From the NCBI GenBank assembly GCA_016700415.1, contig CP065018.1, positions 2,869,284-2,933,283 on the forward strand: 64,000 nucleotides of DNA. The letters are read 5' to 3'. Made by a program: the position numbers and the translations under genes. Position 1 is the first letter of the stretch. Each line of letters starts with the position of its first letter. Source of the DNA: Flavobacteriales bacterium (lineage in GTDB: Bacteria > Bacteroidota > Bacteroidia > Flavobacteriales_F > PHOS-HE28). Below, one piece after another: positions 1 through 9,800 of the stretch. Under the pieces are notes generated by a model that did not search any database, was not told the origin of the DNA, and worked only from the letters and a program-made list of their open reading frames with translations.

Positions 1-86
1 CCGGGAACGTCCACCTCTTGCAGCCCTTGTGCCGCAACACCGCCTGCGCGGAGGAAGATCAAAAAGAGTAGAAGAAGTACGCGCAT
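1..86 (-). CDS. N-terminal 28 codons of a secreted protein; gene continues beyond window start
   Basis: Reverse-strand ATG at 84-86 followed by a classical signal peptide (MRVLLLLFLIFLRAGGVAAQG...). No stop before position 1. A 236-bp divergent intergenic region lies before the next gene. Confidence 0.3.
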   Translation of the reverse strand, partial: MRVLLLLFLIFLRAGGVAAQGLQEVDVP

Positions 87-322
87 GTCCAGTGACCCAT
101 CAACGTTGCAGGTTGACCTTGTAGTGCAAGCTACCATCGCGGGTATGACCCGGCCGGCCGGTTTCGCCGCTTCACCAGGTTGCTGCTTTGATCCTTGCAC
201 CCTCATGGCAACCTCTTCCCGAAGTCCGGGATCGGGAGCATGTGCGCACGCAACCGTGCCGATCTTCTGTTAAAGACTCCCGATCTCGAAGGAAATCGCT
301 CTCGAGGGCAGTAACCTTGATC

Positions 323-679
323 ATGCTCATGGATCGCCTTGTCCCCTTGTTGTTCATTGCGGCGTGCTGTTCTTGTGCTTGCGATCAGGATAGTAATGTT
401 GTATCGGGCGTACGGCTTCAGGAAGACCCCGTTATTGTATACAAGAACTCGGCCGGTGTGGAAATGAATGCTTTGACGTTCGATATCGTTCAACGCACCT
501 GTGCCATGTATTTCGCAGTGCGATCGCGGGCCATTGATGAGTCCATCGGCTTTGGCCGGGACCTCGATGAAGTCGATGTACACTGGAACAAGTGTCCGGG
601 CGGGAACATGGTGGCCTGCGCCAAGGTACCTTCCGCGAACGGCGACTCCACCCAGATGGGCATTCCTTGGCCGTATTGA
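323..679 (+). CDS. putative small lipoprotein (hypothetical)
   Basis: ATG at 323 in frame with ORF 188-679. N-terminus MLMDRLVPLLFIAACCSCAC resembles a lipoprotein signal/lipobox. Local GC is lower than the surroundings (~50%), so coding status is uncertain. Confidence 0.3.
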   Translation: MLMDRLVPLLFIAACCSCACDQDSNVVSGVRLQEDPVIVYKNSAGVEMNALTFDIVQRTCAMYFAVRSRAIDESIGFGRDLDEVDVHWNKCPGGNMVACAKVPSANGDSTQMGIPWPY

Positions 680-880
680 GGGGACGTGCCGAAGTCCGCA
701 TATTGCCACCTTGTTCGCCCACACGAAGCGCTTCAGTGCCCGCGTCAGGGACTGGTGAGCGGATACTCGAGGGCTGATCGGCCCATGAACCTCGGTATTC
801 CGTTCCGGAGGCCACGGTGGAGCCACGCTCTCCAAGCCTGACCATACACAACTGACGTCCGATCAATACCGGACCGCCAA

Positions 881-3337
881 CTATCCACCATGCACGAACA
901 CCCGTTTCACCCTCGGGCTGATGGAGGTGAGCGCCTCGTAAGGTATCGTGCCGAGGTCGCGGGCGTATTCCTGAACAGGATGTGCCGGGGAGAAGAGAAT
1001 GGCTTCATCGCCCACAGCGCAGGGGATGTGGGTGACATCCACCATGCACATGTCCATGCAGATCGCCCCTGTAAAACGTGCCTCCTGGCCATGTATCCAG
1101 AGGCGACCACGGCCTTCACCAAGTCGTCGTGAAAGTCCGTCCGCGTAGCCGATGGGCAGCACAGCGATGCGCGTTGGCACGGTGACACGGGTCTTGCGCC
1201 CATAGCTGATGCTGTCCCCGGCGGGGATCTCCTTCACCTGTGCGATCACCGTGCGGAGCGTTTCCACGGGTTGCAACAACGCCGTCTCTCCGGCATCGGC
1301 CCCGATGCCGTGCAGGCCGATCCCCAGCCGCACCATGTTGAACCGGGCCTCGGGAAAGCGCGTAACTCCAGCGGAATTGGCGATGTGCAACAACGGGGCA
1401 TAGCCCAGCACATCGGTGATGGTGGCGGAAAGCGAACGGAACAACATGATCTGTTCCCGCGTGAACGCATCGTGCTGCGGGTCTTCGCTGGCGGCCAAGT
1501 GGGAGAGGATGGAGGCCACGTGCAGCTTCTTCGTTCCGCGAAGCGCGTCCAGTACGGTGGGCACTTCTTCCGGCATGAAGCCAAGGCGGTGCATGCCGGT
1601 GTCCAGCTTGATGTGGACCGCCGGCGCGTCGGGCACATGCTCCGCGAAATCCAGCGCGGCCTTCAGTGATCGGGCGTCATACACCTCCGCCTCCAAGTGA
1701 TAGCGGTGCAGCGTTTCCATCGGCACTGGCTCGGGGTTCATCACCAGCACGGGCGTTCGGATGCCCTGCCTGCGCAGCTCGATGCCCTCGTCCGCGTATG
1801 CTACGCCGAGCCATGCCACCTGCTCGTGCGCGAAGAAGCGGGCCAGTTCCGCCGCGCCGCTGCCATAGCCGCCCGCCTTCACCATGGCCATGATGCGGAC
1901 GTCCGGACCGCACAGCTCACGATAGTGGTTCAGGTTGTGGCGCAGGGCCTCCACGTCGATCTCCATCACGGTGCCGTGGGTGCGTTCCTCCCAGCGCTCC
2001 ACCACGCGCTCCAGCTCGAAGCGGCGCGCGCCCTTCACCAAGGTCACAGCTCCGTCCACGGGCGGCTCCGGTAGTGCCTGCAGCAATTGTGCGGCATCGG
2101 TGAAGAAGCGTGTGGTGTCGGAGAAAAGCGCCGCGTGCTCCTGCATTCCTGGACCGATCGCGAACAGTTGTTCCACCTGCGCGGCCCGGAGCAGCCCGGC
2201 GATCCGTGCATACAGCTGCGCCGGTGCCTCACCGCTTTCCGAGATGTCCGATAGCACGACCGTCTTCGGCCGGCCGACGGCCATGCGGGTCAATTGCGAG
2301 AGCGCGATGGTGAGCGAGGCTAGGTCGTTGCTGTAGGCGTCGTTCAGCAAGGTGCCGTTATTCATGCCCGGCAACATCTCCAAGCGCATGCTCACGGGGC
2401 GAAGATGGTACATGCGGTCGGCGATGGTTCCCGGGGTGCGGCCCAACAGGAAGAGCAGGGTGATGCAGTGCAGGGCGTTCTCCACCGAAGCGCCGTCGGT
2501 GAAAGGAAGCAGCACATCGAACTCCTTCCCATTGCATTGCAGCGACAGGCGCGTATCGCTTTCCTCGATGTTCTCTTTCAGGATCCGCAGATAGGCCTCC
2601 TCCTTCCGTGACCATGCATGTAACGCTGGCCCGTTCAACTTCGCCAGTGCGGCATGCACGTCGGCATGATCGCGGCAATAGACCACGGACTTGGCGTCGC
2701 GGAAGAGCTTCGCCTTCTCTTCAGCCTTGGCCGTGTCGTTCGGGAAACCAGCACTGTGCGCCGGGCCGATGTTGGTGAAGATCCCGATGTCCGGCGCGAT
2801 GATGCGTGCAAGGGCTTGCATCTCACCGGGTTCGCTGATACCCGCCTCGAAGAGACCGAGGGTATCTTCTTCACTGATCTCCCAAACACTCAGCGGCACG
2901 CCCACTTGGCTGTTCCAACTTCCGGGGCTGCGCACGATCCGCTCTTCTTCCGCGAGCAGCTGGTTCAGCCATTCCTTCACCACGGTCTTCCCATTGCTTC
3001 CGGTGATGCCGATCACGGGCAGTTTGAACTGCGCACGGTGCCACGCGGCCAGGTCCTGCAGGGCCTTCAGGGTATCGTCCACCTCGATCACGCTGTCCCC
3101 TTCGGCCATGGGAACGGCACCGCGTTGCACCAGAAAGGCGTGTACGCCGCGCTGCCGGAGTTCCGCGATATAGCGATGCCCGTCGTGGTGCTTGCCGGTG
3201 AGGGCGATGAAGAGGCTGCCTTCCGCAGGGAAGGGCTGCCGCGTGTCGATACTGAGATGGTCGATGCGTTGGTCCGCGCCGTGCAGCACGCCCCCGGTGG
3301 CCGCAGCGATCCGGCTCAGCAGCCTGCCTTCGGGCAT
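881..3337 (-). CDS. murF: bifunctional UDP-N-acetylmuramoyl-tripeptide--D-alanyl-D-alanine ligase (MurF) / alanine racemase (Alr) fusion
   Basis: The N-terminal ~450 aa carry MurF motifs (GITGSNGKT, ligase middle and C domains). The C-terminal ~370 aa are a PLP alanine racemase (AMVKAGGYG..., YGR...). The likely start is the internal ATG at 3335-3337, which forms a TGATG overlap with the tdk stop; the longer ORF reaching 3403 would overlap tdk. Confidence 0.88.
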   Translation of the reverse strand: MPEGRLLSRIAAATGGVLHGADQRIDHLSIDTRQPFPAEGSLFIALTGKHHDGHRYIAELRQRGVHAFLVQRGAVPMAEGDSVIEVDDTLKALQDLAAWHRAQFKLPVIGITGSNGKTVVKEWLNQLLAEEERIVRSPGSWNSQVGVPLSVWEISEEDTLGLFEAGISEPGEMQALARIIAPDIGIFTNIGPAHSAGFPNDTAKAEEKAKLFRDAKSVVYCRDHADVHAALAKLNGPALHAWSRKEEAYLRILKENIEESDTRLSLQCNGKEFDVLLPFTDGASVENALHCITLLFLLGRTPGTIADRMYHLRPVSMRLEMLPGMNNGTLLNDAYSNDLASLTIALSQLTRMAVGRPKTVVLSDISESGEAPAQLYARIAGLLRAAQVEQLFAIGPGMQEHAALFSDTTRFFTDAAQLLQALPEPPVDGAVTLVKGARRFELERVVERWEERTHGTVMEIDVEALRHNLNHYRELCGPDVRIMAMVKAGGYGSGAAELARFFAHEQVAWLGVAYADEGIELRRQGIRTPVLVMNPEPVPMETLHRYHLEAEVYDARSLKAALDFAEHVPDAPAVHIKLDTGMHRLGFMPEEVPTVLDALRGTKKLHVASILSHLAASEDPQHDAFTREQIMLFRSLSATITDVLGYAPLLHIANSAGVTRFPEARFNMVRLGIGLHGIGADAGETALLQPVETLRTVIAQVKEIPAGDSISYGRKTRVTVPTRIAVLPIGYADGLSRRLGEGRGRLWIHGQEARFTGAICMDMCMVDVTHIPCAVGDEAILFSPAHPVQEYARDLGTIPYEALTSISPRVKRVFVHGG

Positions 3338-3945
3338 CACGTGAACAAGGTGTTCTTGGCTCCGGACTTTTCCGCGCGGGCCGCATCGAAGCAGTCGCGG
3401 CACAGCGGTTCATAGCTGTCCGTTTCGCCCAGCAGGATCAGGCGTTCGCTGGCGTTGGTCCGGTGGCTGAAGGTGGCCAGCTCGCCGCAGCGCATACATA
3501 TCGCGTGCACCTTGGTGACGAATTCCGCGATGGCCAGCAGTTGCGGCATCGGCCCGAAAGGGCGGCCTTGGAAGTCCATATCGAGGCCGGCGACGATCAC
3601 GCGCACCCCTTGTGAAGCGAGTTGCTCGCAAACACGCGGCAGGTGCTCATCGAAGAACTGCGCCTCATCGATGCCCACCACTTCCAGATCGCCGGCCTGT
3701 TGCAGCAGTGCAGCACTGTCGCGCACCGGGATGCTGGGGATGGTACGCTTGTCGTGGCTCACCACATCGGACTCGTGGTAGCGTGTATCAGTGCCGGGCT
3801 TGAAGATGCCCACGCGCTGTTTGGCGAACTCCGCGCGGCGCAATCGGCGGATCAATTCCTCGGTCTTTCCCGAGAACATGCTGCCGCAAACGACCTCGAT
3901 CCAGCCCTTCTTCCGTGAGCGATCACTGGTGTGTTCCAGGAACAT
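3337..3945 (-). CDS. tdk: thymidine kinase
   Basis: P-loop [14 protein letters not shown], a C-terminal zinc ribbon (CxxC...CRDC), and a length of 202 aa. Confidence 0.9.
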   Translation of the reverse strand: MFLEHTSDRSRKKGWIEVVCGSMFSGKTEELIRRLRRAEFAKQRVGIFKPGTDTRYHESDVVSHDKRTIPSIPVRDSAALLQQAGDLEVVGIDEAQFFDEHLPRVCEQLASQGVRVIVAGLDMDFQGRPFGPMPQLLAIAEFVTKVHAICMRCGELATFSHRTNASERLILLGETDSYEPLCRDCFDAARAEKSGAKNTLFT

Positions 3946-4033
3946 GTAACAGAAAGGCTAGACGGACTTGTGATGCAGCCATTTGGGAAGCGGCACGAAT
4001 TTAGCCAAATTCGCACGCACCGGAACCCACGAC

Positions 4034-4783
4034 ATGCCCCAGCAAAAAGCACTTGAACGCATGAACGAGCTGATCCGCTCCTTGCAACAGGCCATCGGCC
4101 GGTTGGGGGAGGGGAAGCTCGACCTGCCCGAACTCGAGCAATGCGCCGAGGATGCCCGGGCACTCTATGAACGCTTGGTGGTGCTGCGGCACAAAGCGCG
4201 GGAAGCCGCTGTGGTCGCGGGTAAGAAGGAAGCTGCGAACACCGCCGGGGTAAGGCCGGCCACCGTGGAGGAAGCCATTGCTGAGGCGGACGTGAAGGAA
4301 AGCGTGATCCGTCTGGACACGCGCCCGGCAGAGCTGTCACCGCACCAGACCTCGTTGATCGATGCGATCGCCGAGACCGAGACACCTCCCGTATCCAAGC
4401 CCACCACTGAGGCCGCGACGCCTCCCAGGCCTGCCACTGAGGCCCCTAAACCTTCTGCACAGCCCAAGCCCAAACCGCCGAAGGTCATCCCGGTGAAGGA
4501 GAAGCAGGAACAACCGATCAGCGTGGCCGACAAGATGGAGCACGCGCCTGTTGCCGACCTGCGTAAGGCGATCGCGTTGAGCCAGAAGTTCTGGTTTGTC
4601 GCGGAGCTTTTCGGCGGAGAACGCGACCGCTATGAGAAGGCCATCGACGCCATCAACGGCATGGGTAGCAAAGAGGAAGCCGAAGCTTTTATGCGCACGG
4701 AGGTAACGGGCAAACTGCCCAAGCCACCGGGCGAGGAGGTCGCCGCCACGTTCACGGACCTGTTGCAACGGCGATTCAGCTGA
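4034..4783 (+). CDS. hypothetical protein with a Pro/Ala-rich low-complexity central region
   Basis: ORF 3983-4783, with the first plausible ATG at 4034 (MPQQKALERMNEL). Codon usage is high-GC. Its stop overlaps the next gene's start by 1 nt (TGATG). Confidence 0.5.
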   Translation: MPQQKALERMNELIRSLQQAIGRLGEGKLDLPELEQCAEDARALYERLVVLRHKAREAAVVAGKKEAANTAGVRPATVEEAIAEADVKESVIRLDTRPAELSPHQTSLIDAIAETETPPVSKPTTEAATPPRPATEAPKPSAQPKPKPPKVIPVKEKQEQPISVADKMEHAPVADLRKAIALSQKFWFVAELFGGERDRYEKAIDAINGMGSKEEAEAFMRTEVTGKLPKPPGEEVAATFTDLLQRRFS

Positions 4784-6051
4784 TGCGTATCCCTGTTTTT
4801 ATCCTGCCATTGCTCCTGGCCGGCAAGCTCGCCGCGCAGGACATGCCTTCCGTGAAGGATCAGGCGAAGCAATATGTGGACACCCTTGCGGGTCCCGCCA
4901 TGTACGGTCGCGGCTACGTGCAAGGCGGCGACAGCCTCGCGGCGGAATGGATCGCCAAGCAGTTCGACCGGATCGGCCTTGAAAAGCTGAACGACAAGCA
5001 TTTCGAGCCGTTCACATTCCCGGTGAACAGCTTTCCGGACCCCATCGCACTGAGCGTTGACGGCACCTTGCTACAGCCCGGTATCGATTACCTCCTGGAT
5101 CCCGCCTCCGGCCCGGCGGACGGGAAGTACGACCTAATACATCTCGGCGTGAACGACCTGGCAACTCCGGAGCGCAAGGCCGTGACCATGGGCGTGGTGA
5201 GCGGCAATGCCGCCGTGCTGCATTTTCCGCACACCACCGATGCGGACAGCTTGGCGATGTACAACGATTGGGAGAACGAACTGGCGCGGGCGGTCCCCGT
5301 GATCCGCATCGGCGGCGAGAAGCTGACGTGGAGCGTGGCCGGAACCCAGACGCGCAACGCGGTGATCGAAATGCGCGCTGGCGTGATGCCGGATTCCGCC
5401 CGCACCGCAACGATCCATGTGCAGAACCGCTTCATTCCAAGGCACACCGCGCGCAATGTGCTGGGCGTGGCCAAGGCCAAGGGCGGCAGCAAGGACTGGC
5501 TACTGGTAACGGCCCACTACGACCACCTCGGCATGATGGGGCAGGCCCTGTTCCCCGGCGCGAACGACAATGCCAGCGGCGTCAGCATGCTGCTCAGCCT
5601 CGCGGAATGGTTTAAGAAACACCCCCCGAAGACGAACATCCTCTTCGTGGCCTTCGCCGCTGAGGAGGCCGGCTTGAAAGGCAGCCAATGGTTCGTGGCG
5701 GATCGCCCGATCGACCTTTCGCGCATCAAGATGCTCGTCAATCTGGACCTCAACGGCACAGGCGATGAAGGCATCACCGTGGTGAACGCCACGGCACAGC
5801 AGGGGATTTACGACCAGCTCGTCGCGATCAACGAAAAGACCCAGGACCTGCCGCAAGTGAAGTCGCGCGGACCGGCGTGCAACAGCGACCACTGCCCCTT
5901 TGTGCAGAAGGGCGTACCGGCCATCTTCATCTACACCATGGGCGGCGTCAGCTATTACCACGACGTGATGGACCGGCCGGAAACATTGCCGCTCACGAAG
6001 TTCGACGGGCTCTACCGCACCCTGGCCACGTTGCTCAGTACCTTGAAATGA
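4783..6051 (+). CDS. M28-family zinc aminopeptidase, secreted
   Basis: Signal peptide at the N-terminus. Metal-ligand motifs HYDHLG and NDNASGV, and a conserved EE pair (AEEAGL), typical of the M28 family. Confidence 0.85.
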   Translation: MRIPVFILPLLLAGKLAAQDMPSVKDQAKQYVDTLAGPAMYGRGYVQGGDSLAAEWIAKQFDRIGLEKLNDKHFEPFTFPVNSFPDPIALSVDGTLLQPGIDYLLDPASGPADGKYDLIHLGVNDLATPERKAVTMGVVSGNAAVLHFPHTTDADSLAMYNDWENELARAVPVIRIGGEKLTWSVAGTQTRNAVIEMRAGVMPDSARTATIHVQNRFIPRHTARNVLGVAKAKGGSKDWLLVTAHYDHLGMMGQALFPGANDNASGVSMLLSLAEWFKKHPPKTNILFVAFAAEEAGLKGSQWFVADRPIDLSRIKMLVNLDLNGTGDEGITVVNATAQQGIYDQLVAINEKTQDLPQVKSRGPACNSDHCPFVQKGVPAIFIYTMGGVSYYHDVMDRPETLPLTKFDGLYRTLATLLSTLK

Positions 6052-6734
6052 GCGTGGAGCGCGCGGGCGGAAGGCTCTTCTTAGTGCCCACGCCCATCGG
6101 CAATCTGGAGGACATCACCCTGCGCGCGAAGCGCATCCTGGAGGAAGCCGACGCGGTGATCGCCGAGGACACCCGCGTGAGCGGGAGGCTGCTGCAGCAC
6201 TACGGCATCAGCCGCCCCTTTATCGCTTTCCATGCGCACAACGAGCACAAGGTGACGGACCGCTTGGTGGAGCGCTTGGTGGCCGGTGAGCGCTTTGCGC
6301 TGGTCACCGATGCGGGAACGCCCGCGATCAGCGACCCCGGATTTTTGCTGGTGCGCGCTGCCGTAAAGCAGGGCGTCGTCGTGGAATGCCTTCCCGGCGC
6401 CACGGCCTTCGTTCCCGCCTTGGTGAACAGCGGCCTGCCCTGCGACCGGTTCACCTTCGAAGGCTTTCTACCGGTGAAGAAGGGCCGCCGGACGCGTATC
6501 ACCGAGCTGGTGAACGAGCCGCGCACGATGGTCTTCTACGAAAGCCCGCACCGCATCGTCCGCACCCTGCACGAATTGGCGGAAGCCTTTGGGGCGGAAC
6601 GCCAAGCCAGCATTTCACGCGAGATCACCAAGCTGCACGAGGAGACCTTGCGCGGCACGCTGCCGGAGCTGGCCGCGTACTTTGAAGTGCATCCGCCGAA
6701 GGGGGAATTCGTGTTGTGCGTGGCGGGGGCGTGA
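6048..6734 (+). CDS. rsmI: 16S rRNA (cytidine1402-2'-O)-methyltransferase
   Basis: LFLVPTPIGNLEDITLRA...ADAVIAEDTR is the tetrapyrrole-methylase-fold RsmI signature. The start makes an ATGA overlap with the upstream stop at 6048-6051. Confidence 0.9.
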   Translation: MSVERAGGRLFLVPTPIGNLEDITLRAKRILEEADAVIAEDTRVSGRLLQHYGISRPFIAFHAHNEHKVTDRLVERLVAGERFALVTDAGTPAISDPGFLLVRAAVKQGVVVECLPGATAFVPALVNSGLPCDRFTFEGFLPVKKGRRTRITELVNEPRTMVFYESPHRIVRTLHELAEAFGAERQASISREITKLHEETLRGTLPELAAYFEVHPPKGEFVLCVAGA

Positions 6735-6870
6735 GTGGTGGACATGTTCGACAGGCACGTGCGACCATGTCCACGGCAGGTCGACACACCAAGCTCGCGC
6801 TCGCGTGTTTTACTTTTTCTGCCAGTGCAACACTGATACCTCGCACACAGGAGCGCCCTTCACTAACCCC

Positions 6871-9800
6871 TCACGGCAACTGCTCCACACGCACGTTCGT
6901 GGTGATCACACCGCCAATGTTCTGAAGAATGGGGTCCCGGTCGTTCCCGGTGCCGGTATATTTCGCAGTGCCGTCCATGTTCACGTCGGATGATAAGTAG
7001 CCGTTCACCGTATTGGTGGTGACCCCCCCGACGACTTGCAGAATAGGGTCGCGATCGTTGTTGTTGCCGGTGTATTTCAATCCGGAAGGAGCTGCGACAT
7101 CCTTGGAGACATCACCGGCCCAAAGCACATGCGTGCTACCGATGGTCTTCGTGCCGCCCGTACCATAGGTCGCCGCACTGGTGAAGTCCACGGCGCTCAC
7201 GACCGTGGACAGCATCAGGGGGGCAGCGGTCATGGTTCCAAGGTGGTTACGGTGCCGAACTACGATGTGGTAGCTGCCTGCCGCGACGGGGAATGAGATC
7301 GGCGACACGCCATCCACCGCGACCACATCCCCATTCCGCTGAAGCAACGCCGCGCGGGTAGCCACGATGTTCGCTGGCGCACTTGCCTCCCTCAATTCGA
7401 CGATCACCCAATCCACGATGGCTGGGTTGCCTTCTTTCCGGAGCACGCCATCATGGATGCGCTCGCCGCCACCATCCGGTCTGTTGAAGCCCGATCCGGT
7501 GTACGGTTCATCTGCCGGTAACAGACCCGCAACACGCAGGTCGTCGCGCATCAACAGGGTCCCGGTAACATAGGGTCCTTCCAGCATCAGCTTTACGGCG
7601 AGCCGCACGCCGCTGTTCGTTATGGACACATTGTCCAAGTACAGGCGATCGCCATAGTCGTTCACTCCGGTGAACCGGATCACGACATTCATGCCATCGT
7701 ATGCGCTCAGGTCGATATCATGCAATTGCCATTGTTCCGCTGCAGTAGGGGACCAAGGGCTGGTACCCGTGGTCGTAGTACCCAGTGCAAGTGCCTCGGC
7801 GTAGTACAGCTGCGCCCAATTCGCTCCGCAATCCGTACTGATCTCAACACGCAGACCATCGGTATAATTGGCGCCATAAGGTTTGTAGGCGTGATGGAAT
7901 TTCAACCGTGTGCCTGCACTGCCCGCCAACGAGATCAATGGCGATACCAGGTGGTCCAACTGGCCCGGTGCGTTGTAGTAATAATAATCCATCCTCCAAG
8001 CTCGTGTGGGCAGACCATCTGCCCCGGAGGTGAGCGCTTGGTTGCTCCACGTGTCCAGATCATCCGGGTTCTTCAAGCTCCATCCGGCAGGGGCGATCAG
8101 CAGATCTTCGGCATCGGCGGTCACCGGTGTTGCGGCCGTACTGTTCAAGTACGTGATCTGATCACTGACCGTTCTGGTATGCGTTCCGTTCACATCGGTA
8201 ACTGTTAACGATACACCATAGGTGCCGGGTGCGCCGTATGTCACCACCGGATCGCGCACTGTACTGGTAGCCGGGTTTCCGCCCACGAAAGTCCATGCCC
8301 AAGTGGCACCGTTGCCGCTGAGCGCGCTGTTGTCGTAGAATTTCACGGTGGGTCCGAGGCACGTGACGGTCCTCCTGTCCACGGCGAAATTGGCGACCGG
8401 CGGAGCTGGTGCTTCCATTGCACTTTCCCATACGCTCCGGTCCGTTCCATTGCGGATCAAGCCATCGCGGTAGTTGATCAAAAGGCGTGTGCTGAAGATC
8501 TTGGCAGGCAGTCCAGCATTCCACAGCGACCATGCCGGAGCCGCATCGTTGCGCGTGTACACGGCACGACGCGTTCCGATGTAGACCACGCCATTGCTAC
8601 CATACTGATGCGTGATGTTCGTTGGCCATTCACCGTTCAACCCGGCATCCGTGATGTTGGTCCACGCACTACCTCCTGATGTGCTCTTGTACACCACGTA
8701 TCCGTTCAAGTTCGGACTATTCCCGTACTGCGAGGTGCGCACCAACCAGATCGTTTGTGGGTCCACAGCGCTGACAGCGATGTCGTACGGCACCCATGTG
8801 TTCCCGTTCAGAGCTGCACTTGTCGGGGTAATGTCCGTCCAGCTGCCGCCGGCATCCGTGCTGCGATACACGCGTTTCACGCCCCACCAGTCCACATACG
8901 TACATGCGTAGATCGTATTCGCATCGCTGAACGCGACTTCGATGTTCGTGACCTTCTCACCGAAATCATGCACTTGTGAAAAGCTCAGCCCATTGTCATT
9001 CGTGAGCCAAAGCGCGGTCCCGTTCCCCACGTATGCCGCATCGACCAAGTTCGGATGCCATGCCACTTCGCTGCTTTCGCCCACGATATAGCTCGCGTTC
9101 GGTTGTTTGCTCCACGTGCCGTTGGTGTTGTTCACATTGCGGTCTCCGCTCAACACTTTGTAGCCGTAGTCGCTCAATGCGCGTCGGTCATATTGGGGGT
9201 GAACGAAGCCTCGATATCCATCACCACCGTCAGTGCTGACCCAGCCGTTGATGTACGTATTGTTGTCCTTGAGCAAGGTGCCGTTGTGGTACGTGCCGCC
9301 GAGCATCACGTTGCTACCGGTCCATCCGCCTGCACCGAATCCCCAGAAGTCCGTTCCACTGATCCCGAACATGCGCCGTTCGAAGGTTGCGCCGCCGTCG
9401 CTGCTGTAGAACACGCCACCGTCGTTCGCAGCCCATACCTCGTTGGCCCCGTAGTAGCGGAAGTCGTGGATGTCCGCATGCAGGTAGTCCACTTTGTTGC
9501 TATGGCTCCATTTCGCGGGGCAGGTGAAGCTTGCACCACCATCGGTGCTCACCCAACGTTGCACACCGCACACGTTCACCTTGTCCGCGTTGGAGGGATC
9601 AACATCGAAGGCCAGATCGTAGTAGTACTGTCCGCCATCATCCTGTCCGCCATCGTCCCAACCCATCAAGTTGAAATTGGTGGGAGAGGGGACACCCGCC
9701 GGTTGCGCACCGCAACACTGAAAGGTCCAATTCGCACCTTGGTCAACGCTTTTGTAGACACCGTACAAGCCGCTTCCACCATTGGCATCGCCGGTACACA

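Noticed and set aside
203-866. 210-aa and 144-aa reverse-strand ORFs near the window start
   Set aside because: No domain signal and Arg/His-rich composition. They overlap the more plausible forward lipoprotein ORF and the intergenic region. Treated as non-coding.
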